A DNA stretch of 56,326 nt, counting the filler, from Squatina squatina (taxonomy: Eukaryota): NCBI GenBank assembly GCA_031763465.1. It is 3 parts of 3 records of this genome, joined end to end, with 100 filler letters (N's around TTAATTAATTAA, not from the genome) between each part and the next. Parts side by side here need not be neighbours in the genome. Positions count along the whole stretch, not along the records: positions 20,077 to 43,432 come from JARFOE010000051.1; positions 43,533 to 56,326 come from JARFOE010000073.1; 1 more part is not named here. The stretch is one strand, 5' to 3'. The translations under genes and the position numbers were made by a program. This document shows positions 37,078 to 48,775 of the stretch, in pieces (the stretch's first letter is position 1; each line of letters starts with the position of its first letter). The notes below the pieces were generated by a model. It did no database searches. It saw only the letters and a list, made by a program, of their open reading frames with translations, and was not told where the DNA came from.

Positions 37078-38014
37078 CAGACAGAGTTACGTAGGCAAAA
37101 CTACATTTAAGCAACAAAAGGGGGCCTGTCTGGTGGATGACCTAAGATGGATTGAATGGTCTTCCTCATCTGTAATTATGACCTAGCCTCCAATCTCTCT
37201 CTCTCTCTCTGTTGCCACTTCTTGTCTTCATTTTATTGATACTAGTATCATCAGCTACTCTAAGTTCCAAATATGCCNNNNNNNNNNNNNNNNNNNNNNN
37301 NNNNNNNNNNNNNNNNNNNNNNNNNNNNNNNNNNNNNNNNNNNNNNNNNNNNNNNNNNNNNNNNNNNNNNNNNNNNNGCAACTGATTTCCCACCCAATTT
37401 TCCACTAATTTCCTCCTCTTTATAGGTTCTTTACCAAATCAATCCTTCCTTGAGTTGAACAAGCACTTTGGTTTGCATGGGAGAAGAGTCCTTGACACCC
37501 AGCATAGTCATTTTGTTATCAGATGGCAGGAGCCATGACTCAGGCAGCATGTTGCAGACAAGGTCAGCTCTATTGCCCGGATATGGATTATTTCTGTTCC
37601 ATTGGTTACTGTATCAACTGGACTGCCGACTCAAAAACAGTGATAAGGCTTGCCCAACCTGAGCAAGTTAAATTTGCTTTGAGCTGTATAGATAAGACTA
37701 CCATTTAGAGGCAAGCCTGATAAACAGATACGCAGCTACGTGAACTAATGGGGTGACACCACTTGAATTGATTAGTCCAGAAATTCAGCTCCTATTGGGA
37801 GTTGAATTTGGGGACAGAGTCATCATAGTTAGTGGAATTTGGGGCAGGGCAGGACCCAGGTCCACCTGGCTTTTGCTCCATTGAACAAGCAACAGAACAT
37901 TCCGGTTGAAGGAGGTTGTGCACTTCTTCCGCCCACTATGCTATGCTCCAACAGCAGTTTGTGGGCGTGTGTACTAAGTATGCTTCAGATAGCCCCGGCA
38001 GTACCTACTTTTGC

Positions 38015-38428
38015 ACTCCAGAGACTTGAGCCCATAATCTAGACTGACACTTCAATGCTATACTGAGGGAATGCTGCACTGTCGGAGTTGCCGTCTTTCA
38101 GATGAAAAGTGAAACTGAGGTCCCGTCTGCCCACTTAGATGGACGTAAAAGTTCCCATGGCAATATTTCTAAGATGAGCAGTGGAGTTCTCCTTGGAGTC
38201 CTCCCTGGCCAATTTTTATCCCCAAACTAATATCATTGAAAAAACAGATTATCTGGTCATTTACCTCATTGCTGTTTGAGAGACCTTGCTGTGCACAAAT
38301 TGGCTGCCGGGCTTCCCAACTTTACGACAGTGACTGTACTTCAAAAGTACTTCATTGGCTGTTAAGCCCTTTGGGACATCCTGAGGTCATGAAAGGTGCT
38401 CTATAAATGCAAGTCTTTCTTTCTTTTT
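38015..38428 (+). mobile_element. DeuSINE-type (SacSINE1-like) SINE
   Basis: Colinear with 36768-37077 and 53740-53925; (tctt)n tail. Confidence 0.75.
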
Positions 38429-38999
38429 CTATCAGAGAGAAGTCCTAGGTACGAGTGGTTAGGATCTGGAATTCACTGTCTGAAAGGGTGGTGGAGGCAG
38501 ATTTGTGGCTTTCAAAAGGGAATTTATTAAGTACCTGAAGGAAAAAAANNNNNNNNNNNNNNNNNNNNNNNNNNNNNNNNNNNNNNNNNNNNNNNNNNNN
38601 NNNNNNNNNNNNNNNNNNNNNNNNNNNNNNNNNNNNNNNNNNNNNNNNTGCACTGCAAACGCTATAGATGTGCTGCCTGGGAGGGGTTTTACCACCTGGG
38701 CAGTGCTGGGGACGCATTAAATATTTTAAATTTACCAGTCAATCTCCCACACCACTGCACATGGGAGATTCAAAACCTGTACAGTGTTGAAATGCTTTAT
38801 TTTGATGTGCTCACCAATAAATAATGATACTGCATCCTAAAACAATAAAATAACATCCCATCATCGTAACATGTAGATTAGAAAATAATTGAATGAAGCT
38901 TGAAATCTTCAATTGCAACAGAATGGGATCGCATTTTTCGACATTCTATAGTCGCAACAGGAAAGCTCAACTCACACAAACCACATAGAACCACGAGCA

Positions 39000-39390
39000 A
39001 AAGTACAAAAAAGATTTACAAGGATGGTACCAGAACTGAGAGATGACAGCTACTGGGAAAGATTGAACAGGTTGATTTCTTTTTCCTTTAGAATTATGAA
39101 TGGGTTAGACAGAGTCGATGTGGAAAGATTGTTTCTACTTGCGTGAGAATNNNNNNNNNNAAGCAGGAACAGGGTACTGAATTTGGATGATCAGCCATGT
39201 TCATATTGAATGGCGGAGCTTTTTTCTTCAGAAAAGAGAAGACTTAAAGGTGACCTAATAGAGGTGTTTTAAATTATGAATAGGTTGGACAGGGTAGATG
39301 TGGAGAGAATGTTTCCACTTGTGCAAGAATCCAAAACTAGGGGCCATAAATACAAAATAGTTACTAAAAAATCCAAGGAGAAATTTCTTT
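39000..39390 (+). mobile_element. CR1 3' region fragments
   Basis: Two overlapping degraded pieces (aattatgaatgggttagacag / aattatgaataggttggacag) on either side of a 10-N gap. Confidence 0.65.
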
Positions 39391-40420
39391 ATTTCACTTC
39401 AATGAATGCAATGTTGCATTTAGAAGTTAACCAAAAATGATTAGAAACTAAGAAGTGAATAAACAATTGTGGTCCAGTGTTCAATGTGTAGTTACATTTT
39501 GACAGCTTTGATTGTGATCAGACATAAACAGTTCAGAAAACCACATTTGGGAGAAACTGATGGCATATAATGGCATACAATGAATCAAAAGTTGATGGGA
39601 TATCGAACTTAAATGCAAATAAATGCAAGACTATGCATATAGAACTTATATAGGGATCGGGGCATCACTGACCACTCAGAGTCTAGTCAATGTAAATCTG
39701 TTCATAAGGCTAATTAAATATGGGAAGAATCTGTAAATCAATTAATTTCAAATCAAAACAAGGTATTGTAACAATGCATAGATTACCAATAAAGCCATAT
39801 TTTCAATGCTGCATGCAACTTTGGGTACTCTATCTACATAAAGATATTGATGCATTTGAAAATGTTTAGAGACAAGCAACGAGGATTAATTCTGTGACTT
39901 AGACCTCTAAGTAATTTAGAAAAACTTGGCAGAGTTCTCCCTCCCACACTATTACTTCATCACAACAGGGAACTCCACCTAACTGGATTAATCCTTTTTG
40001 CTTGCCCCACCATATTTTGCTCTTCATCCTTGGTTTTGACAGCCAAACTACACAGCATCTATCACATCAGAAAACTTGACACATTGCCTGTTCGGTCATC
40101 AATAGCCACGTTGGTATCTAATTTTCCTCCAGACTAACTGATCTGTCTTGAGTCTAAATTGTCAGAACTCATGTTTTATTTAATTTTTAATTACTTTCCA
40201 NNNNNNNNNNAAAAGATATTTAGTGGCAAGAGTAGATAATCTTACAGCAGCACTTTTAAGAGTTAAATCTCCATTGCTTTCAGCTCTTAAATCAAAGATG
40301 TAAACAATCATGGCATTACACAAACATGGTTGAATGTAAACTGCTTCCATCAGCAACAATGTACGTCAAAAAAATCTACAGCCACAACTCAGTCTGAATT
40401 GTTATAATGTGAAAGATAAT

Positions 40421-40724
40421 GAGCCTGAAATTGCGATTCCCCCCGGGTGGGTACGATGTTCCCAGGCACTCGGGGGAACCTCGCAAGTTCCAAATCTCGG
40501 GCTGCACTGAGCATGCCCGCAGATCCGGAACTTGCGATCCATCAAGATTTGTCTTGACAGATCATCCGCTTCTACTAGAAAAGCGATTTCCAGGGCAGAG
40601 AGTTGCGATATTTTGTCAACTCTTGCCCATGGAAATCTCTTAACTTTTTTACGCATGGTAATACCACGGGTACTTGCTTGGTTTTACCATTTGGTTTTAC
40701 CAGCGTTAGAGTTTTTAAAAATAT
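40421..40724. mobile_element. One arm of the Harbinger-like MITE family
   Basis: Begins gagcctgaaattgc; shares cgcaagttcc...tcgggctg and gagagtt...tcaactcttgc with the reverse complement of 13500-13663. Confidence 0.5.
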
Positions 40725-41234
40725 NNNNNNNNNNNNNNNNNNNNNNNNNNNNNNNNNNNNNNNNNNNNNNNNNNNNNNNNNNNNNNNNNNNNNNNNNNNN
40801 NNNNNNNNNNNNNNNNNNNNNNNNCAAGTATCTACCGCATCACCACTTCGAATGTAGTAACCATCAAAGAGGAGGTCAAGTACTTGGCGATACAATTATT
40901 TGTTTCAGACACATGCCTGCACCTATTGGTCCACCTCCCTTCACTCTGGCCTGTCACATCTTAATCCCATTCCTCTTCAGCCATGGCAAATGTTGAGATG
41001 CCTTTTAAATGCTCTCCAGAAGCTGCCTACATTTTTGTTCCCTTCTTTGTGATTCTCCCCTTTAATTGTCCCCAATCCTTTAAATTTGTCAAATACAATT
41101 TTGGTCTACTCCTAGACCCAACACAGTTTGCACTTGGCATTCTGATAGATCTTAAAGCAATGCAAACAAGAAAAGAACTGCTTTACACCTGAAGATAAAT
41201 GTGCCCTCATTGTCTCCAACTGCTTCTCTCCAGT

Positions 41235-41375
41235 GTCCACACAGTCACCTCTGGTGTACACGAGGGCTCCAACTTCGACCCCCTCCTCTTCATCATTTCA
41301 GGTTCCGTGTGTACACCACTGACATCTAGCTTTACCTCTCCATTGTTCGACTGCCTGTCCAATATTAATACCTGA
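41235..41375 (+). mobile_element. L2-like RT remnant
   Basis: TVTSGVHEGSNFDPLLF, a decayed SGVPQGSILGPLLF motif. Confidence 0.45.
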
Positions 41376-41649
41376 GGTGACTGTTAAGGACAATAAATGT
41401 GGCAAAGCTCTGAGACCAGAGAATAAAGTGTGACCAGCTTGCATATCATCAAAGAGCAGGATAGACTGATAAGGAAAAATATGTTGAACCGAGGACGTAA
41501 AGACTTAAGAACAGACTTAAATCATGTTAAATGTAAAGAAAACATTGAGATCATAAGACACCGGAAGGACCACTGGCTGAGGCTGTGTCACCAATGACAA
41601 GAGAACACATACCCAGAGACAGGATGTGATTGGCAGATTCAAACAATGC

Positions 41650-42580
41650 AGGGTAAACAAGAAACAAGCAGTGACAAAGTGGGTGGATATAAGAAGATTG
41701 GGATAGATACTGTTCTCTGTGGCCACAACCAGGAGTCCCGAAGGCTGTGTTGCCTGCCAGGGTTAAGGACATCACCTCAAAGCTGGAGAGGAACTTGGAG
41801 TGGGAGGGAGANNNNNNNNNNNNNNNNNNNNNNNNNNNNNNNNNNNNNNNNNNNNNNNNNNNNNNNNNNNNNNNNNNNNNNNNNNNNNNNNNNNNNNNNN
41901 NNNNNNNNNNNNNNNNNNNNNNNNNNNNNNNNNNNNNNNNNNNNNNNNNNNNNNNNNNNNNNNNNNNNNNNNNNNNNNNNNNNNNNNNNNNNNNNNNNNN
42001 NNNNNNNNNNNNNNNNNNNNNNNNNNNNNNNNNNNNNNNNNNNNNNNNNNNNNNNNNNNNNNNNNNNNNNNNNNNNNNNNNNNNNNNNNNNNNNNNNNNN
42101 NNNNNNNNNNNNNNNNNNNNNNNNNNNNNNNNNNNNNNNNNNNNNNNNNNNNNNNNNNNNNNNNNNNNNNNNNNNNNNNNNNNNNNNNNNNNNNNNNNNN
42201 NNNNNNNNNNNNNNNNNNNNNNNNNNNNNNNNNNNNNNNNNNNNNNNNNNNNNNNNNNNNNNNNNNNNNNNNNNNNNNNNNNNNNNNNNNNNNNNNNNNN
42301 NNNNNNNNNNNNNNNNNNNNNNNNNNNNNNNNNNNNNNNNNNNNNNNNNNNNNNNNNNNNNNNNNNNNNNNNNNNNNNNNNNNNCCGTAATAAAATGAAT
42401 GAACTAGTGGCACAAATAGAGATTAATGGGTATGATCTGATAGCCATTACAGAGACATGGTGACAAGGAGATCAAAGCTGGGAACTCAATGTTCCAGGAT
42501 TTCTGACTTTTTGGCAGGATAGGCAGGAAGGAAAAGGTGGTGGGGTAGCTCTGTTAATAAGAGATGAAATAAGTACAGTT
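41650..42580 (+). mobile_element. CR1 ORF1 to ORF2 endonuclease, spanning a sized 573-N gap
   Basis: LPARVKDITSKLERNLEWEG before the gap; RNKMNELVAQIEINGYDLIAITETW after it. Order and spacing match the copy at 20077-20677. Confidence 0.8.
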
Positions 42581-42589
42581 GGCAAAAAG

Positions 42590-43333
42590 ATGACGCCGTC
42601 ATCTGCTCATGCATGTGAATGAGCCTTTCAGTGTCGGAGACCCCGCGTAGGTCCTCACCTGAGCCAACCTCAGCAGTGCTGATTGGCCTACTGGCCTTCC
42701 GGCCAGTTGACACGCCAGCGTCCTTTGGCCTCAGACCCTGTTGTACCCCGCTGGGACTTGGTTCTTCACCCAGTGATGACTGATGGCGGGACCTAACCTC
42801 TAAAGTTTGCGAGGTGCATGGATCTGAGCTGGTGCGTGTTGAAGGTGTGAGGTCTATTTGATGGAGTGCTTACAGCAGCCATGGGTTGACTATCTTCCCC
42901 AATGGGTTCCTCTCCCTGCTCGGCATCCTCGTTAGTGGAAAAAATGTCAGATGCCTCAGTGGACTGTGTCCCCTCCCCCAGTGAGAATTCTCCCTCTATG
43001 GAGGAGGGCTCATCTGCAAAATACAATGGCACAACATACAAATGAAAGTGAGGGTGTGGGGGGCATGGGAGATGGAATGGGGACAGCCATTCAGCCAACA
43101 TAACAATGGCCTGCAGATGATGCACACCTTATGAGAGGCTACAATGCTATCAAGGACTTTCAACACTTACCAACCTCAGCAGGGGGAGGTGGGACACCTC
43201 CCCTTGCCACTGCCTCCCCAGCATCTGCTCCCATGATTCTGGCGACGTCTTGCTCCAAGTCCGACAGTGGTATGATGTTGGCTTCATCGCCTCCCGTCTT
43301 CTGCTGCTTGGCTCTGCTCCATGCCAGCTTGGC
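42590..43333 (-). mobile_element. Spliced Myb/SANT-like (Harbinger ORF2-type) gene remnant, copy B: exon 43333-43171, intron 43170-43014, exon from 43013
   Basis: ttatctgcag|AKLAWSRAKQQKTGGDEANIIPLSDLEQDVARIMG...G|GTAAGT (163 nt), then tattttgcag|AT in phase (DEPSSIEGEF..., acidic). KTGG motif typical of Myb/SANT-like (NAIF1/MSANTD-type) domains. Confidence 0.62.
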
Positions 43334-43432
43334 CTGCAGATAATAGCACAAGTGCCTAAGGGACCACGGCCCACTTGCACTGAGTTGCGCTGATTCTAAG
43401 CTGCATTTACACCCCGCTTGGGGAAAAAGTTA

Positions 43433-43532
43433 NNNNNNNNNNNNNNNNNNNNNNNNNNNNNNNNNNNNNNNNNNNNTTAATTAATTAANNNNNNNNNNNN
43501 NNNNNNNNNNNNNNNNNNNNNNNNNNNNNNNN
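43433..43532. other. Artificial scaffold linker N44-TTAATTAATTAA-N44
   Basis: Second identical linker; 12-mer at 43477-43488. Confidence 0.95.
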
Positions 43533-43698
43533 TTTAAAAAAAACAAACTTTGGATCAAATTTTCATTAAGAAAATTATTTCTAGGTGACACCCAAATTGT
43601 GGCTTGCAAAGTTTACATTTTGATGTACAACAGGATCTACAATATCTAGGCAGGTGTGTTTTCAAATATATAGTCACAGATGGTCTTCTTTTGTGCAG

Positions 43699-43763
43699 TG
43701 CCACTCATCCAGCGCATGGATTCCAGGATTATGATTCCACTGAAGATTTCACCACTTCAGTAG
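43699..43763 (+). CDS. NIPSNAP2: NIPSNAP2 (GBAS) last coding exon
   Basis: cttcttttgtgcag acceptor, then (V)PLIQRMDSRIMIPLKISPLQ*; human NIPSNAP2 ends VPLIQEMESRIMIPLKTSPLQ. Convergent with PSPH as in human. NIPSNAP1 is the alternative paralog call. Confidence 0.82.
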
Positions 43764-44332
43764 AGCTCAGCTTGGAACACCTTTCAAAGACAGTGAATGA
43801 CTTGTGCTTTGTCTTAATACATGAGGAAAAAGTTAACGGGTTACTGACACAAGTCTGTACTTGTCATGATTTAAATAAGTATTTTAACTTCAAGATCTTT
43901 TATCAAATTTACAGAAATACTTCTGAAGCTAATTATTGGTTACTAACAGCAATATTTTATTTCTGAAGCACTAAGTAAATTACAATGTTAGATGTTTAAA
44001 ATCCTGAATGTTTATCTTCAATTTTATTGTCCTATTTCTGTTGGACTGCCCTCCTCCACCTCTGGACTATTCTATTAATGGTGGCATGTTTCTTACTTTA
44101 TTTGTTCCACTTATATTACCCAGTGGAATGGTTTTTGAAGGCAGTAAATTTAAGGTATAAATACATCTTTTTTGTGTGCCCCATTGTGCAACATCATGAC
44201 TATTTATGCCTGGTTCTTCTAGAAATGAGCAATCAGAATTCCCTCCCCCAAAACATTGACGATCCCCATTTAATAAGGGACTCCTCAGCTGTCACAATTT
44301 CTAATGTGGTTAGTCAGGGAATTACTTTTTAA

Positions 44333-44338
44333 AATAAA
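44333..44338 (+). terminator. Candidate polyadenylation signal for NIPSNAP2
   Basis: AATAAA about 570 nt after the stop, followed by a T/GT-rich tract. Other AATAAA hexamers exist (e.g. 44831). Confidence 0.3.
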
Positions 44339-46937
44339 ATATTAGTTTTTGTGGAAAAATAAATAGTACTCTTGTGCTGTTTCTCTGATATTAGAGATTC
44401 AACAGTGTATGATACAAGGATAGGTTATTTGTGATTTTTGGGTTGCTTTCTACTGCTGGAGGTGATGCATGTGTAATCACTGTACAAAATTGTAAGCTTA
44501 CAATGTCATTTTTTAAAACTGTTTTGTCGTGTGCTTATTTTTAAAATGGCACCATTATGTATAGTTTCTAGGATTTACAATAATTCAGTAAATCTAATTA
44601 ATGAAAGAAATCGGTTTCTAAGTCATTGATCAACAGTCAGGCTACAATACCCGGTACAGTCTAAAGGCTGTAATAAACTTGATTTACAACATTTGTGTTT
44701 ATATTGCAAGTAGCAACAGTACTACCAGAGATATGACTGGAACCCACTAACTTAAGTGACGTTAGCTTAGAGTTCCCGTGAACTGGAGTGTGTTTGCTAC
44801 TGACTGGCACTGCTGTTGGAACCAATATTCAATAAAAATAAACTTCATCCTCAAAGAGCTGCTTCTTCATTTCTGGGTTACATAGGAAGGGGCTGGAGAT
44901 TACAATTGCTGTTGTATTAATGTAATCAATTTTAATGTTAAAAAAGTGAAAATATTGTAAGAAAAATTGTCAAAAATGCCCGATTTTGGTCCAAATTTAA
45001 CAATACTGTTTTTTAAAAACATGGGTTTAGATGTTGGATCGCACCGCTTCTACAGTGCTCCTCCTGGCTCCACATTCTAGGGCCTTAGAATTGAAGCTGC
45101 TACACAAGTGGATAAAACAGCCTTCCCTTAAACTGCCAGGAGCCTGTATCTAAACTATCAGACCAGAATAAATTTCTCCCCTCCCATCTCAGACACCATG
45201 GCCGAAACTCACCTGTATTGCAGTGGCTACAACAAAAGGGCCTAGGCACTGTCAGCCAGCCAGAAAATGTGCAGAAAGGAACTTTGTCCCTTTAGCTGAT
45301 GCATTACTTAGCTTTTCCATCCTATTTCTGCACGATTTATTTTCCTTTTTACAGCTTCCTTCTCCAGAAACTATTGTGATCAAGAGGGCTTCTTTCTGAT
45401 ATGTTTGTGTACAGCCAAAAGGCAGGAGTTTCCTAGAAAAAAATTGCAGAAGCCATTTTGTGGGTGGTATCTTTTGTAGAATAACAGTTTTTAATATAAG
45501 AAACAAGTACAGAGCATATATTATGCATGAAAACTTTTGCTGCACCTGAATCCTGAAATGTCCTCAATTCTACATTTACCCAAGACAACTAAATTTATTG
45601 TAAGAAACTAGAGTACTGTGCCAAGTCCCCTTGGCCGAGTAGAACTCTGAATTATTTGCTGCGGGCCATCTGAAGCATTGTGCTACTGTTTGGAACAAAA
45701 CCATTACTGTTGTAAGTTTATTGCCAAAATGTAATGTTTATGTCAGAGTTCTCTGAAGTTCAGTCTGTGCAACAGTTTTCTTTACTGGAGCTTCTGACAC
45801 CCTAATAGTGTGAAGGGTTTGAGCAAGGCTTCCTTAACAAAGCCAGACTTCCGACTAGAAGTAGTAAAAAAGTCAGCATTCTTAGGGCTCACATTTTCCC
45901 TGTAAATTAGTTTAGATCTCCTGCAGATAACAGAAATACACATAACACAGGCACAGATGGACAGTCAATGCTACTGCTTATTTACATGGAGATTTTGCAG
46001 GCATATTATAACCTTTAGCTACGTGTTCCTCAACAGAAGTTAATTTGAACAAAAGTGGAAGACATGGAGTTCCGATTATAATTTGTACCCAATTTGTTTG
46101 CTTTGGAGATTCTTGCATTTTACGAGGTTGCAGAGCACTGTCAGTTCACAGATTTCACACCCAGGCTATATTGCTGATTTGACGCTGTGAAACGGAAACC
46201 ACAAAAGAACGGAAGCACATAATGAAGTCACTTAGCTCAAATTTAACATGGACACACTTCATTTAACCGAGAAAATATTGAATGCATTAGCAAGTTTCTG
46301 CTCTACGTTCAGCATATTTTCAGATACTTACCAAGTGATCTGAAGTGAAAATATCTCCAAGACAATGGCAATGTAACCACTAATAATTTTACCAAAGTAA
46401 ATGCTTGATTCCAGTTAGAAAATACCATTTGTACTGGAGTGCTTATGGACTNNNNNNNNNNNNNNNNNNNNNNNNNNNNNNNNNNNNNNNNNNNNNNNNN
46501 NNNNNNNNNNNNNNNNNNNNNNNNNNNNNNNNNNNNNNNNNNNNNNNNNNNTGCATTAAAATGGTTTCCTTGATACTACAACAAACATGGGTTTGAGTTG
46601 CAACACTGATCAACATGATTCCTTCAGCCATATAAGAAGCTTCTATAATTTCACTGCCAGGCATCAGGCTTGAGTCCTCCTAGAGTGGGTGGCAGGTGGA
46701 GAGAACATAAAATCTGGCACCTATCTTGTGGCATTGGCAATGCACTCAAGGTAATCCACAGCCCATCTACACCTCCTTTCCAGCTGGTGGAGGCTGTATA
46801 GAAGCCAGAAGCTAATTGGGAGATCAAAACAGACATTGTGAGGTTAAAAATTACACAAACACCAGAGAACTTTCTCTTCACATTGCTCATATATTTTGTT
46901 AAAGAACAGGTTGTTTTTTTTTTTTAATATAAAACAT

Positions 46938-47045
46938 TTACTTTTCCAGTTCTCCAATAATTTCTTTAAAGCTTGTGACAAACCACTTGGCTTTCTCCTT
47001 TACTTGCTGTCGGACAATATTCCCACCAAATCCGATAAATGCATC
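46938..47045 (-). CDS. PSPH: Phosphoserine phosphatase, last coding exon
   Basis: tcctgtcttag acceptor; DAFIGFGGNIVRQQVKEKAKWFVTSFKEIIGELEK* versus human DAFIGFGGNVIRQQVKDNAKWYITDFVELLGELEE. Confidence 0.95.
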   Translation of the reverse strand, partial: DAFIGFGGNIVRQQVKEKAKWFVTSFKEIIGELEK

Positions 47046-47270
47046 CTAAGACAGGAAACCAATAGTTTATTCGGCATTTCTGTAAAACCAGCATTCAGTA
47101 CACTCTTAACAGCAGTCAGAATCTAATTTAAATACACTAGACTGATTGATTGGTACTAGAATAAGCCCCAATGGTAAATAATGAAAGGCTTAAACTTAAA
47201 TTTATATTTTAAAAGTAACACACAACTTTAAGTTACACCTTTGAAGTGACAAAGTAAGTTCTGTACATAC

Positions 47271-47419
47271 TGCAGGAGGGCACGCCTCCAAGTCCGTGGC
47301 TCCATCTCCAATCATAACAACTGTCTTAAAGCCTCTTTCTTCTTTTAGAAGACTTATGACCCGGCCTTTCCCGCCAGATTCTGCGGTTGGTTGGGTTTCA
47401 TCAAAACCGGCATAATCAC
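47271..47419 (-). CDS. PSPH: Phosphoserine phosphatase, penultimate exon (149 nt)
   Basis: (G)DYAGFDETQPTAESGGKGRVISLLKEERGFKTVVMIGDGATDLEACPPA, containing the HAD GDGxTD motif; AG/GT boundaries. Confidence 0.96.
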
Positions 47420-47536
47420 CTGCAATAAACAGTTATACTTTGCTTTCATCAGGGAGTTTTGTGCAGTAATACAATTTGGAGGAGGTATAAAAGAAGAGAG
47501 GCACAATTAGCTATTTACTATCGTGGTGATCCTTAC

Positions 47537-47682
47537 CATTGAAGTAAAACTTCAGCCTGTTTGCATATACATTGGATAAGGGAATATTTATCCTTGCTGC
47601 TACATGTTCCACTATGCACCTGAATCCACCCGATATTAGGAACACTTGCACACCGTGCTGTTGAAGGTGATCCACTAGATCC
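47537..47682 (-). CDS. PSPH: Phosphoserine phosphatase exon (146 nt)
   Basis: DLVDHLQQHGVQVFLISGGFRCIVEHVAARINIPLSNVYANRLKFYFN, containing HAD motif II (ISGGF); AG/GT boundaries, phase fits the next exon. Confidence 0.96.
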
Positions 47683-48405
47683 CTGTTTTAAAAATATAAG
47701 TTTAACAGTTACACTTTCATGGGATCCAAACTAAATCGAGATGTTTGGTAACACGGCCGCATTCAGCATCAAAAAATATTTCTATCACAAACTAGTGTTT
47801 CTTTCTCCTCACACTGTCCCCAGCTGCACAGTAATTGATACACAAAGGAATATAGCATGCCCTATTATTTAATTACCTTAACCAGATGGTACAAACAGAT
47901 TGTATCCTGAAGATACTTGGAGTATGATTTATATCATGGGCATAACCATGGCAGGGGTGGGGTGGGGTGAAGAGGAGGAGGTGGTAAATTCTTTCAATTT
48001 TTCTGCTATCAGTTCTGCCTCTGAACCATTCCCCGCTCCACATCCTGGAGCTTCCCCCGAGGTCCCCAAACCTGTCTAAGTGGTTTAAGATCAGACCCAA
48101 CGTAGGGTTGCAAGAGCCCATTGCTCTTCACAACACACACACTCACACACCCTGTACAAAATAACAAACCACAGTTCTAACGGATCCAGATTCAAACATT
48201 TCAAAAGGGAAAATTTAATTTTGGCCAAATCAAACCATTTAAATTCACAGGCAAAATGAAGATTTTGGGCTTTGCAACATGGTTATTCCTTTAAATATCA
48301 CACTANNNNNNNNNNNNNNNNNNNNNNNNNNNNNNNNNNNNNNNNNNNNNNNNNNNNNNNNNNNNNNNNNNNNNNNNNNNNNNNNNNNNNNNNNNNNNNN
48401 NNNNN

Positions 48406-48495
48406 ACAAGTAATAATCAGCAATGCAATAACTGCAACATAGATGTTCCATCCCAGAGCTTGTTGGATGAAGACCGCTCCAGAGAACATGTCCAC
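48406..48495 (-). CDS. SLC5A2: Sodium/glucose cotransporter SGLT2-like exon, truncated by gap
   Basis: acctggcag acceptor; [30 protein letters not shown] versus human SLC5A2 [32 protein letters not shown]5A1 and SLC5A9 differ more here. Only one partial exon is visible. Confidence 0.8.
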
Positions 48496-48562
48496 CTGCC
48501 AGGTAATCAGACAAAAGAAATCGGCGTCAATAAGTAAATGCCAATAACAGTGAAATCTAACT

Positions 48563-48775
48563 AAAGAGGGAGTCCGATCATCAGGGGTCTTTAAAAAGAG
48601 AGAATAACCATCAGGATCTCTTAAAATGGGAGTCTTCACATCAGGATCCTCAAAGAGGGAGCCTGGCCACCAGGGACCCAATATAGGCAGAGTTTGACCA
48701 TCAGGGACACTGAAAGAGGAAATTTCTCCAGAAGAACATTTTTTAGGGATCAGGGATCCTTCAAAGTGAGAGTGT
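48563..48775. repeat. Degenerate ~30 bp minisatellite in the SLC5A2-like intron
   Basis: Five to six diverged units of aaagagggagtctgaccatcagggatcctt. Confidence 0.65.

Noticed and set aside
41551-42463. Long ORFs of 196-298 aa
   Set aside because: Almost entirely X from the 573-N gap; flanks are CR1.
46332-46451. Minus-strand donor TTG|GTAAGT downstream of PSPH as an extra exon
   Set aside because: No coding similarity or identifiable acceptor, and separated from PSPH by a gap.
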